Assembly (NCBI GenBank): GCA_963801355.1
Contig: CAWDEM010000008.1
Location: 1,792,001-1,856,000 of the forward strand
DNA: 64,000 nt
Direction: 5' to 3'
From: Ignavibacteriota bacterium
GTDB taxonomy: Bacteria; Bacteroidota; Ignavibacteria; UBA10030; UBA6906
A program made the translations under genes and the position numbers. The notes beneath the pieces were generated by a model. That model was given only the letters and a program-made list of their open reading frames with translations. It made no database searches and was not told the origin of the DNA. Positions 53,631-62,825 of the stretch are shown here, in pieces (position 1 is the first letter of the stretch; every line of letters begins with the position of its first letter).

Positions 53631-55406
53631 TTATTTCATAAGCACCATCTTCTTGACCTCAGAGAACTGGCTGCTCGCGATCTTGTAGAAATAGATACCG
53701 GAAGCAAGTCCCGCCGCATTGAACTGAACCTCGTGCGGACCTGCGGTCTGGTTTCCATTTACCAGCGTCGCTACTTCCTCACCAAGGAGATTGAAGACCT
53801 TCAGACTGACATCCGACGCACGCGGGAGCGAGAAAGAGATCGTCGTGCTCGGGTTGAAGGGATTCGGGTAGTTCTGGTCCAGAGCATATGCTTCGGGCAG
53901 TGCGCCACCCTCTTGAACGCCCAGCGTCCCTTTATTCAGCATGTCAGCCAGTTTCGCGTGTTCCGCGTCTTTCTGAGCATTCCACTGCACTTTCTTGGCG
54001 GGGAACCAGTTCAGGTCGCCAACCGGGAAGCCATTCGTTCCGCCTGCCATCAAATCGGCATCAGTGTAAGATAGATCGATCGGAATTGGCCAGTCCGAGT
54101 AAATATAGTAATCAGGACCGACCAGGACCTTCCGCCAATCAGACAGTACCGCGGCCGTTCCCACGCCTGCGATGTCAACCGTCTTCGTGGCAAAGACCTT
54201 TACCGAGTCAACCCAATTCGTCAAAAGGTCCTGCGGCTTAGTAAAGGCGGGCAGTTTATTATACCAGGAGCCTTCGGTCAAATACGGATAGTGTGTATTG
54301 TCCGCAAACAGGGCTTGGGTTCTGGTATTCATCGTAATCATCTGGGAGACCCAGGTCTGGTCTTTGTTCACGTTGTTGGTTTTCAGCGTGGCCACGATGT
54401 CATTAAATTTTGGATCCCAGTAGACGACGTTTTTGTCCACCAGCACCTTTCGATCCATCTGGACCATTGTGGACTGCAGTGTATCGATATTGACCAGACC
54501 CGTCGGGAGCCAATGCGGATCGACTTCACCCTTGTCCTCGTTGTTGCCAATGCTGTCGCCGAACGCCTGGACGTTGCAGTTCACAAAGATGTTGTTGGTG
54601 ACCGTCAGGTCGCTCACGTATCCCTGGCTCTCAAAGACGCTTCCGGCGCAGTCAATGAACGTGTTATGGTTGAAGAAGAGTTTGTTGATCTGGTAATTCC
54701 TGAATTTATACAACATCCCCTGCGTCATGACGTGCGTTGTATTTTCCACCCAGATTGTATCTGTATTGTTGTTCACATTGTCATAGACGCCACCGTTGCG
54801 CCGGCACGGTTGCCCGCTCAAGTTCACGAAATAGCAGTCAAGGATGTACATCTTCAATCCTGGCCAGCTATTGGACTGGATTTCGACCCAGCGTGTCCGC
54901 TCGAAGAGATCATTCTCAAGAACGAGCCTCTGGTTTGCCGCTGTCGTCCCGAAAAACGCCCAGCCCAGGGTGCCATCCGAAATTCCAGGAACAATGCTGC
55001 AATTTTTGAGCGTCAGAGAGCTTCCGATGTTTATCCCGCCGGTGTTGTTGCCACCCGCGTCCCTGTAACCACAGATCACCGGAGGAGCAGAATTCGCATC
55101 CTTGTTGTTCACCAGTCGTGTAGCGTCTTCTCCGACGATGACAACAGCGCGGTTTGTCGGTGTGGTAGGAGTGGTGAGAATGGGATAATAGCCATTCTTC
55201 TTCAGCATATACACCCGTCCCGCCGGTGGCGTGGCATCCAGATTCATCGCACTCCCCAGCGTGCTGGCTTCATTTGACTTTTCCGGATAATCTTTGACAA
55301 CCGCAGTGTCTCCCCGCATGGACGATACATAGTCCATGAAGGTCTGTGCCCCGGCGACACAGAACAGGGAGAGTACCGCGACGATAAGAAGTACAGTGCG
55401 TTTCAC
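53631..55406 (-). CDS. Secreted T9SS type A sorting domain protein, probable beta-helix fold
   Basis: Signal peptide. Asn-rich repeats 'ENTTH', 'NHNTFID', 'TNNIFVN'. 'PVGDLNWFP'. CTD 'QNYPNPFNPST...LASGIYFY...KKMVLMK'. Confidence 0.85.
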   Translation of the reverse strand: MKRTVLLIVAVLSLFCVAGAQTFMDYVSSMRGDTAVVKDYPEKSNEASTLGSAMNLDATPPAGRVYMLKKNGYYPILTTPTTPTNRAVVIVGEDATRLVNNKDANSAPPVICGYRDAGGNNTGGINIGSSLTLKNCSIVPGISDGTLGWAFFGTTAANQRLVLENDLFERTRWVEIQSNSWPGLKMYILDCYFVNLSGQPCRRNGGVYDNVNNNTDTIWVENTTHVMTQGMLYKFRNYQINKLFFNHNTFIDCAGSVFESQGYVSDLTVTNNIFVNCNVQAFGDSIGNNEDKGEVDPHWLPTGLVNIDTLQSTMVQMDRKVLVDKNVVYWDPKFNDIVATLKTNNVNKDQTWVSQMITMNTRTQALFADNTHYPYLTEGSWYNKLPAFTKPQDLLTNWVDSVKVFATKTVDIAGVGTAAVLSDWRKVLVGPDYYIYSDWPIPIDLSYTDADLMAGGTNGFPVGDLNWFPAKKVQWNAQKDAEHAKLADMLNKGTLGVQEGGALPEAYALDQNYPNPFNPSTTISFSLPRASDVSLKVFNLLGEEVATLVNGNQTAGPHEVQFNAAGLASGIYFYKIASSQFSEVKKMVLMK

Positions 55407-55565
55407 TTTGAATCCTCCTATGTGAAACCTGAAAACCGTTAATTAAACTGTACCTAACGATCACGTTGGACCTCCAAGCATACCCTCCTTTCCTTGATTC
55501 TCAAGCAGGGTGTTGAAATAACGCCTTGGATCACGCACAAAGGCGTGGATTTAGCAAAGAAAAGA

Positions 55566-58556
55566 TCACAAGCTGTAGCGCAGGCTAAGCTGATAGAAGC
55601 TTGGATAATACTGAGTCTGTGCAACGTTATCCGATACTTCCCCCCCGACGACCCGTCTGAATCTCTGATATGTGGTTGTTGGCGAATGCGTCAGATTCTG
55701 AACGTCGAACGAGAGGCTTAGGCCTTCCACGGGCAATGCCTGCTTGAGCGTGACATCCCATCGATAGATTGTTCCCGTGAACTGATCCAGTTCGGGCGTT
55801 GCTCCAACGGTGGTAATCACATTGCTCTGCATGTTGAACGAAATCCGTCCCGAGAAGCCTTTGTAATCAACTCCGAGCGCCACGTTCAGAACGTGGTCGC
55901 TCTGGTTCAGAAGTCTGGCATTACGCGTCGTGTCTTTGGTGAGGTAGACATGTCGAGTGAACCTGCCATCCTGATACGTTGAATCGATGTTCAGCACTTG
56001 CCGGTAGTCCATGTCAGACCATACTCTCGTATAGTTGATATTCAACACCACGTTGTCAAAAGGAGCCGGCAGGTACCAGAATCGTGTTTGCCACTCGAGC
56101 TCAATCCCTCTTATGTGGGCCGGATGATTATTGTTTATGAACGTGGATATCTGCGTCGACTTGGCCGGGGCCTGGATCCCGAGACCCATCCAGAGAGATG
56201 AATCGGGGAACGATACGTCATAAAGTCCTAGATTCTGGTAATAAATCGATGTCGAAAAAAACACGTTATCCAGATTCTTGTAGAAGCCACCCACCGTAAA
56301 GAGCCCGATATCGTTATTATGGAAGGAAAGGCTTACATCATAGTTCTTGGACTTCGTCGGTTTTAACCTGGTATTTCCAGCCTGTGCCGCGGCACCGGGC
56401 TCGAAGTAAATATTCGGCAGGATCGCTTGATAATCCGGGCGGGAGAGTGACTGTGTGTAGGCTAATCTCAAATCGGCCCAGTCAGTAATCGAGTACCGAA
56501 GCTGGACATTCGGAAGCAGATCATTGTCATTCCGATTGACCGTGTTCAACGTATCAAACAACAGACTCACCCCATCGACGGAGTGTGTGACGTAGACGAA
56601 ATTCGCTCTATAGTCCATATTGTAATGCTCGTACCGCACGCCTCCGAACAGCTTCAATCGGGGACCGATATTGAAAGTGCCCATCGCGTATCCGGCGGCA
56701 AAGGTTTCTCTGCCATCAAAATCATACCGTTCAGAGTTCGATCTGTGTCTGTTGGGGTTCCAGGTCATTGTCGCCTGAGGGAGGAAAGTGTCCATCTGAT
56801 TGGTGTTAACGACGTACTTGATCGGGTACGAACTATTATAGAAGTAGTCTCCTCTTTTATAGTCCGTGTTCCAAATATCAGAGAGCAGAAGCGGAGTGGT
56901 ATTGGAGAGCACCTTGCCGGGGACAAAGTACTTCACGGCGTCGTAGAAATCCTGGTCGCCGATCCTCTTGTACTTTTCCTCAAGATCATTCGTTCGCTTG
57001 GAAGGCGCAAATTTGCCGCCGACCTTGAACGTTGCCGAAAGGTCCTCCGAAAGGGTGACCGGGAGAGTGAGATCGAGCTTTCCGGCATACAGGCGCTCGG
57101 TAAAAGCCTCGCCCCGCGTAACTCCCCACTCACTCAACGCAGCATTCACAGGGTTCGAGGGATTAATCTGTAACCTCATCACATCACCCGGCGTGAGCGT
57201 GTTCAGTTGGAGCGACGTAAAGCCGGCAGGATTGCCGTTTGCATCCACGTAGGGATTCGATGCTGAGGAGTGGAAAAGAAAGTTGTCCCCGGGGTCTCCG
57301 TACCGCACGTCGGTGCGTTTGTCGCTGTAAGAATGCGAGAGGACGAGTTCCGTTTTTAGTGGACCGAAATCGTATTCTGCCTCTACCGCATTGACCAGCA
57401 GATCCCTGTAATTCTTGTCGCGTGTTATCTGGTAATTTAGCCCTCCCTGTCCGGCGAAATCCATGTAGTACTTAAAATCGGAGTTGTTGGCAAGGGTGTG
57501 AGCCAACGCACTCTGGAAAACGATCTTCCCGTGGGGAAGCCGATAGTCCAGAGTCACACTGCCGCCGGTATTTGTCGTGATGCGTGTTTGATCGTTGAAC
57601 GTGAAATTGTCCAGCCGGAAAGGTGCCAGGCCGTACCCCTGGCTTCCATTGATCGCATATCCGGCGTTTGTCACGTCGCCCCCCGCATCCTGGCGGTCTC
57701 CATTTGCCTGCACAAAGACGCCCAGGTCATTGTCGAAGAACCGGTGGCCGACGCTTGCCCAGAATTTGTAATTGCCGTACGTTCGGTCCTGGCCGTTATA
57801 TTTCCCTTGAGCCAGCATGTCCGCATGAAAGGTCTCGGGTGCTTCTGCCAGGCGCAGATTGACCACTCCGCCGATGTAATTTGCGTCCATGTCCGGCGTA
57901 AGGGTCTTGATCACTTCCATGCCGGAAAGCATGCTTGAGGAAAAGAAACCCAGGCTTACCGAACGGTTATTGACATCCGTGGATGGAAGCCGGATACCAT
58001 TCACAAGGATGATGTTGCTCTTCGCCTGAATTCCCCGGATAACGATCTGATCTCCGTTCATGATGGAAACGCCGGGCAGCCGGCTCAACGCCGAGGCCGC
58101 GCTTGCGTCGGGCAACTCCCGAATTCTTTCCGCGGAGACCACGCTGATAACCGAGTTTGAGGAGAGTTGCTGGTTGATTGCTTCCATCTGGCCTTTTGCC
58201 TGAGCCATCACGACAACTTCCTGACCCTCGATCACTTGGAGGGTGAGCAAGAAATTGCGCTCAAGGTCTTCGCCCTCCTTCACCTCGATCGTCGCCTCCT
58301 CGCTTCTGTACCCCAGATAACGGGCCTGGAGAGTATAACGACCGGGAGGAACAGACCGGATCATGTATACGCCGTCAAGATTTGCTGACGCTCCCAGGCT
58401 TGTGCCCTGCAACTGGACAATTGCCCCGGGCAGCACATCACCTGCCGATGCACCTTTGACGACACCGTGGACTTGCCCGGATCCACCCTGAGCCAACACA
58501 GAAGTAGTGCCCAAGAAGAGGGCAGCGAGCAAGAAGATACTCTTCATCGCGCTCAT
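55566..58556 (-). CDS. TonB-dependent receptor (N-terminal CarboxypepD-like, plug and barrel domains)
   Basis: 'V.G.V......LPGA.V', plug 'LPD.....ALSRLPGVS...IRG...VNG', 'KTLTPDMDA..IGG.VN', 'GN..LKP..S.N.D', C-terminal 'LRYSL'. Confidence 0.93.
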   Translation of the reverse strand: MSAMKSIFLLAALFLGTTSVLAQGGSGQVHGVVKGASAGDVLPGAIVQLQGTSLGASANLDGVYMIRSVPPGRYTLQARYLGYRSEEATIEVKEGEDLERNFLLTLQVIEGQEVVVMAQAKGQMEAINQQLSSNSVISVVSAERIRELPDASAASALSRLPGVSIMNGDQIVIRGIQAKSNIILVNGIRLPSTDVNNRSVSLGFFSSSMLSGMEVIKTLTPDMDANYIGGVVNLRLAEAPETFHADMLAQGKYNGQDRTYGNYKFWASVGHRFFDNDLGVFVQANGDRQDAGGDVTNAGYAINGSQGYGLAPFRLDNFTFNDQTRITTNTGGSVTLDYRLPHGKIVFQSALAHTLANNSDFKYYMDFAGQGGLNYQITRDKNYRDLLVNAVEAEYDFGPLKTELVLSHSYSDKRTDVRYGDPGDNFLFHSSASNPYVDANGNPAGFTSLQLNTLTPGDVMRLQINPSNPVNAALSEWGVTRGEAFTERLYAGKLDLTLPVTLSEDLSATFKVGGKFAPSKRTNDLEEKYKRIGDQDFYDAVKYFVPGKVLSNTTPLLLSDIWNTDYKRGDYFYNSSYPIKYVVNTNQMDTFLPQATMTWNPNRHRSNSERYDFDGRETFAAGYAMGTFNIGPRLKLFGGVRYEHYNMDYRANFVYVTHSVDGVSLLFDTLNTVNRNDNDLLPNVQLRYSITDWADLRLAYTQSLSRPDYQAILPNIYFEPGAAAQAGNTRLKPTKSKNYDVSLSFHNNDIGLFTVGGFYKNLDNVFFSTSIYYQNLGLYDVSFPDSSLWMGLGIQAPAKSTQISTFINNNHPAHIRGIELEWQTRFWYLPAPFDNVVLNINYTRVWSDMDYRQVLNIDSTYQDGRFTRHVYLTKDTTRNARLLNQSDHVLNVALGVDYKGFSGRISFNMQSNVITTVGATPELDQFTGTIYRWDVTLKQALPVEGLSLSFDVQNLTHSPTTTYQRFRRVVGGEVSDNVAQTQYYPSFYQLSLRYSL

Positions 58557-58597
58557 GATTGACTCTCGTTCATGGTTTGAGGAATAAAGGGACTAAT

Positions 58598-59020
58598 TTA
58601 GATAGATTCGAAATTTCTTCGCCGTTCCTGCAGCGCGTTCTGGATCTGCAGGTTCAGCTCCCGGCTGATCCCGTAGAACGACAGGGCGATGACGCCGATC
58701 AGGAAAGTGATCGCTGGATAAATACTCGCGCTCATGCGAATGCCGAAGAGTGCCCCTTCGGTCTGCACAACGTTCGGGATGTAGCCATACACCGACAAGA
58801 GCCATCCACAGATCGGCCCACCCAATCCCAGTCCCGCCTTCAATGCGAAGACAATGCCTGCGAACACGAAACCGGTGGCGCTGAGCCTGGCGACCTTCTC
58901 CTGGATCGTCATCCGGCCCAGCAGGTCGGCAACCCGGCGGTCGATCGGGAGGTGGGCGTTCCTGTAATCGGAGAGTTCTTCGCTTACGACACCTGGGCTC
59001 CGCAACAGATGATCACTCAT
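58598..59020 (-). pseudogene. Chimeric deletion remnant: GH3 N-terminus fused to the C-terminus of a GPH-family sugar symporter
   Basis: 'YRNAHLPIDRRVADLLGRMTIQEKVARL' (GH3 start) joins 'ATGFVFAGIVFALKAGLGLGG...GY.PN..QT...GIR' (last TMs of a glycoside-pentoside-hexuronide transporter). Confidence 0.8.
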
Positions 59021-59104
59021 AGCAGTCGCGTAATGGTCGTGTGAAAGGAATGTCCGCGCGAGAACCGGGAGGTGATGCCTTGATCACTAGAATGGTTCAG
59101 AGGA

Positions 59105-59122
59105 TATTGAACCGTTTCAATA
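59105..59122. promoter_or_regulatory. LacI-family-like operator palindrome
   Basis: TATTGAACCGTTTCAATA, 16 of 18 positions palindromic with a central CG. It overlaps the -10/+1 of the adjacent promoter. Confidence 0.7.
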
Positions 59123-59148
59123 GTACTAAGCGTTTTTCGAAAAGGCAA
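59120..59148 (-). promoter_or_regulatory. sigma70-type promoter heading the TBDR operon
   Basis: TTGCCT-N17-TACTAT on the minus strand. Confidence 0.65.
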
Positions 59149-59234
59149 GCGAAAAATTCCATAAAGGAGAAGAAAGTGCGGGGAGGCACCCTGGATAGGA
59201 TAGCTCTCACCAAAGGGTCTCGGGAGCCGGGAAC

Positions 59235-59445
59235 CCTCCCAGTATCCATAGATCTCGCTTTCGGACCGCTGCGGTTGTCGTCAGGCTTTCCCTGCCTGGA
59301 GACAGCGGGGCACAAGGATTCGATTTCCTTTGGGATCTCCGGCTTGTATCGTGACGGCAGAGGTGGCTTGCCATGGGCAATCTCGTAGAGGACTGCTGCC
59401 TCCTTTGAGCTTTGAAAGTCCGAAGTCCATGATCACGGCCCGGCG
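59235..59445 (-). pseudogene. Degraded Ser/Thr kinase fragment (subdomains VII-IX)
   Basis: 'VIMDFGLSKLKG' (compare kinase 1 'KIMDFGLAKLKG'), then 'LSP', 'GKPDDNRS' and 'DLW.LG' in mixed frames. Confidence 0.6.
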
Positions 59446-59566
59446 GCCCCCTCTGAAACCAGATCGACCTTGCACCTCCGCCAGGGATAAGCAGAATCTC
59501 GTGGGAGATCAAGAGAGAAACAAACTGACTGTTCGTACTCAGATAAGGATCACACAATTTTAGCAA

Positions 59567-62453
59567 TTACTTTGGCCCACAGCAGCTTTCAGGAGGGCCC
59601 AATTAACTCGGCTTCAATCCGCCGCAATCAACTACGATGTTCTGCAGGACAATCCCTTTGTCGATGATCCAGAATTTCAACGTGTGACCGCCTTGCCGCC
59701 TGATCGTATGAATGGATGCTCTTATCCTGATATTATCCATCATTACTTCTGCATTGTTGTCATTTACCCAGTATTCGTCTTTCTATTCTCAAAGTACTGT
59801 TGATCACTTGTGGTTTCTCGTCATCAAACGCAATTGCATAGTGTAGTCCGTGCCCTCCGCTATAGTCGATTGTGGGCGAGAGGTACGCAGAGACCTTTAC
59901 CTGACCTGTGTCGCTCAGATGTACCAGATATTCCAGATGTGGTGCAGTGTCGGATGCTTCTTGTCTGGAGACGGTTGCAGGGAACAGCGTGATCCCCGTT
60001 GACGAACGTCCATAGTTATCAAGAATTTGCCATGCTGTATTCCCAGGATTTGTCGCCCGGGTATAATGTGCAGCGGGAAAAGAAACGTATTTACAGCTTT
60101 CGAAGAATCCCTTCCCATTAAGAGAGTCGTCCAGTTTGCGGTTATCGACAGGAACCTGAACGACTACTTTTCGTCCCTCGGGAGCGATAATCGTCAGAGG
60201 GACAATCGACTTTCCCTTTGGCGCCTTGCTCCAGTCCACGCTCACCCATAGCCGTTCCTGTTGATTGATGGTACCCGAATTCGGAGTGACTCTTAGCCAA
60301 GGGACAGAAACATCTACCGAATAGGCAAATGGTTTCCCGCCTCGGTTGAACACTTCAGTGTAACGGAGAGAATCGTGACAGAACGCAAGCTCGGGCAGGA
60401 CCGCTTCCTTGGCTTCCCTTGGCCACCACGTGTCAGAGCCTTCGATGGCAACGCCCATGTCTGACGCATCCTTCAAATCAAGCCGAAGCGTTGGAGGTAG
60501 AGAGTCCACATCAGGGCCGCGCCAGTAGTAATAGCTGATATGCGTCTGGTCCATCATGTGGTTCCATTTGCCACTCTGCAAGACGTTGTTATAGTAGTGC
60601 GTCAACAGCGAATCCTTGATGAAGCACGCCTTCACATTGTCAGACATGGTGTTGGTGGCAGCCCTGCCTTGTGCTGCATAATATTTGTTCAGGGCAAGAG
60701 CGTGATACAGGTCATAGAGATTCGCGATGGCCTTTATCGGATGAAGCACAAGTTCAAAGTACGAATCCTTCTGTTCAGGAGGCAGAAGAGTTTCAATTCC
60801 GGCCGCTTCATCCTCCAGTGTGTGGTAGTTTGCGACGATCGTTTCAAACTCGCGGTAATTGGTCAGACTGAACCTGTTGAATCTCATGAGTTCAGGTTTT
60901 CGGATCCCATTGAAACGACTGTACCGCGTTAGTAATCTTCCTATCGGTGCGGCATGGTGTTGCCCAAATTGCTGCTGTGCCCACATCTGGGCGTACTCCT
61001 CGAGCCTGCTTGACGACCAACGACCAGGATCCCAAGCATAATCGAAATAGAAACTGACTGGGAATTCCAGTGGCTTCAGGTCTCCGACATTCACCATCCA
61101 TAGTCGGTCAACGTGATGCTCATAGGCCAAATGCAGTTGTTCCCAGACCTTGGCAATCTGCACGGTATTGATCCACTTGTAACTCCAGGGACCTCCGTTA
61201 AAATCAAAATGATAGTACAGTCCATACCCTCCTGATCGTCCCACGTCTTCGGAACTGGGCAATCTCCTGATGTTCCCATAGTTGTCATCGCACAAAAGCA
61301 ATGTAATATCGTCAGGCACTCGCATGCCTTTGTCATAATACTCCTGCACTTCCGTATACAAGGCCCACACTTGAGGAATCTCCTCGGGTTTCTTGCCGGT
61401 AACCTCGTTGAGGATTTTACGCTGATCGGCAATAACCTTCTCGAGGAGGGCCATGTTCGTACCTGCCTCCATGGGCACATCTCCATCACCTCGCATACCC
61501 ATTGTGATAATTGTCTCTGCATTCCCCATGTGTTCAATACCTTTCCGCCAGAAGTCTTGGAGTTCTCCACCGTTCGTCGTGTAGTTCCATTCCCCCTTGC
61601 CATAGCGCTGCCATTCCTTTTGCGCTCGATCCATAGGTTCATGGTGTGAAGTTCCCATGACGATCCCATATTCGTCCGCCAGGGGTCTATTGAGAGAATC
61701 GTCGTCATTGAAAGCGTTGTCCCACATTGCAGGCCAGAGAAAGTTACCCCTGAGGCGCAGGATCAACTCGAAGATCTTGGTGTATGCTTTGGAGTTTGCG
61801 CCTCCGAACTTCTCTTTTGTCCAACCAGAAAAGGCAGGCGCCTCGTTATTGATAAAAATACCCCTGTATTTCACTGCCGGTGGACCTTGACTGTATCTCC
61901 CCGGCAGGACAAACAAGTCCTTTTGCCTTTGGGGTGGCACATCGGCCCACCAGTACCAGGGAGATACGCCAATCTGCTGCGAAACATCGTATATGCCGTA
62001 GATCGTACCGCGTTTGTCGCTGCCCACAATAACAAGGGCCCTGCCGATGCCGGGCAAAGGGTTTTCCACTGTTTGGATGACGAATGTTTCCCATTTGCCG
62101 GCAATGTCCCGCAGATCGACTTTCTTGTTACGCACCAGTTGGTCGACAAAAGGGCTTTTTCCCTTCGTCCCAACAATCACAACTTCCTTTTGGGATGGCA
62201 GTTGATCAAATACAATGGTCGGTCCGTTTCCTGTTACTTTGATGATATCGGCTTTCAAATCATAGAGGGCTCGGATCACCCCGGGGTTATCCTTGGAGCT
62301 CACCAACAATGTGGCGTTCGTTCCTGGTTCAGAGAGGGCGAAGCAACGCTTCGCATATGTGTGAGTAACATAGGAATGATCACCGATAGCCCAAATGGAT
62401 GACGGGCAAAGAGCAAAAAACAGGCAAAACCGCAAACTCCTTTTTGAAATCAT
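59567..62453 (-). pseudogene. GH115 alpha-glucuronidase with frameshifted, nonsense-interrupted C-terminus
   Basis: 'GSDKRGTIYG.Y', 'YRGIFIN.E', 'GTSHHEPM', 'GMRGDGD', 'DDNYG'. The ORF stops at 59760, but another frame continues 'HTLKFWIIDKGIVLQNIVVDCGGLKPS*LGPPES'. Confidence 0.85.
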
Positions 62454-62825
62454 GGGATGGATCTCCGATCTTGTCTGACGCTCTGACCTTGACCCAAGGG
62501 TTCGAACCAGATGCTATGGTACAGTGGGACCAAGGTACGGAGGAGATGAGGCATGAGCAAGTAGAAGTACGAGCCAGAGCAGCAGATTTCTCGGCCTGTA
62601 AGAATAGAAGCGGACGGGCCCCAGGCGAGGCTGAAAGGTCTTTCGACTCATCCATTCGTCGAGGAATGAAGGCTGAGCCCTGAGCCTCTCGACATTGCTA
62701 GGGACCCGGAGGCCTGTGAAAGGCACGACCGAATGGCGGGTCCCGTCCCGGGAAGGGTAAAGTCGTTCATCCATGCAATCGCGATGGCATTCTGTGGCGG
62801 ATGGAATAATGAAGAAGGACAGCTC

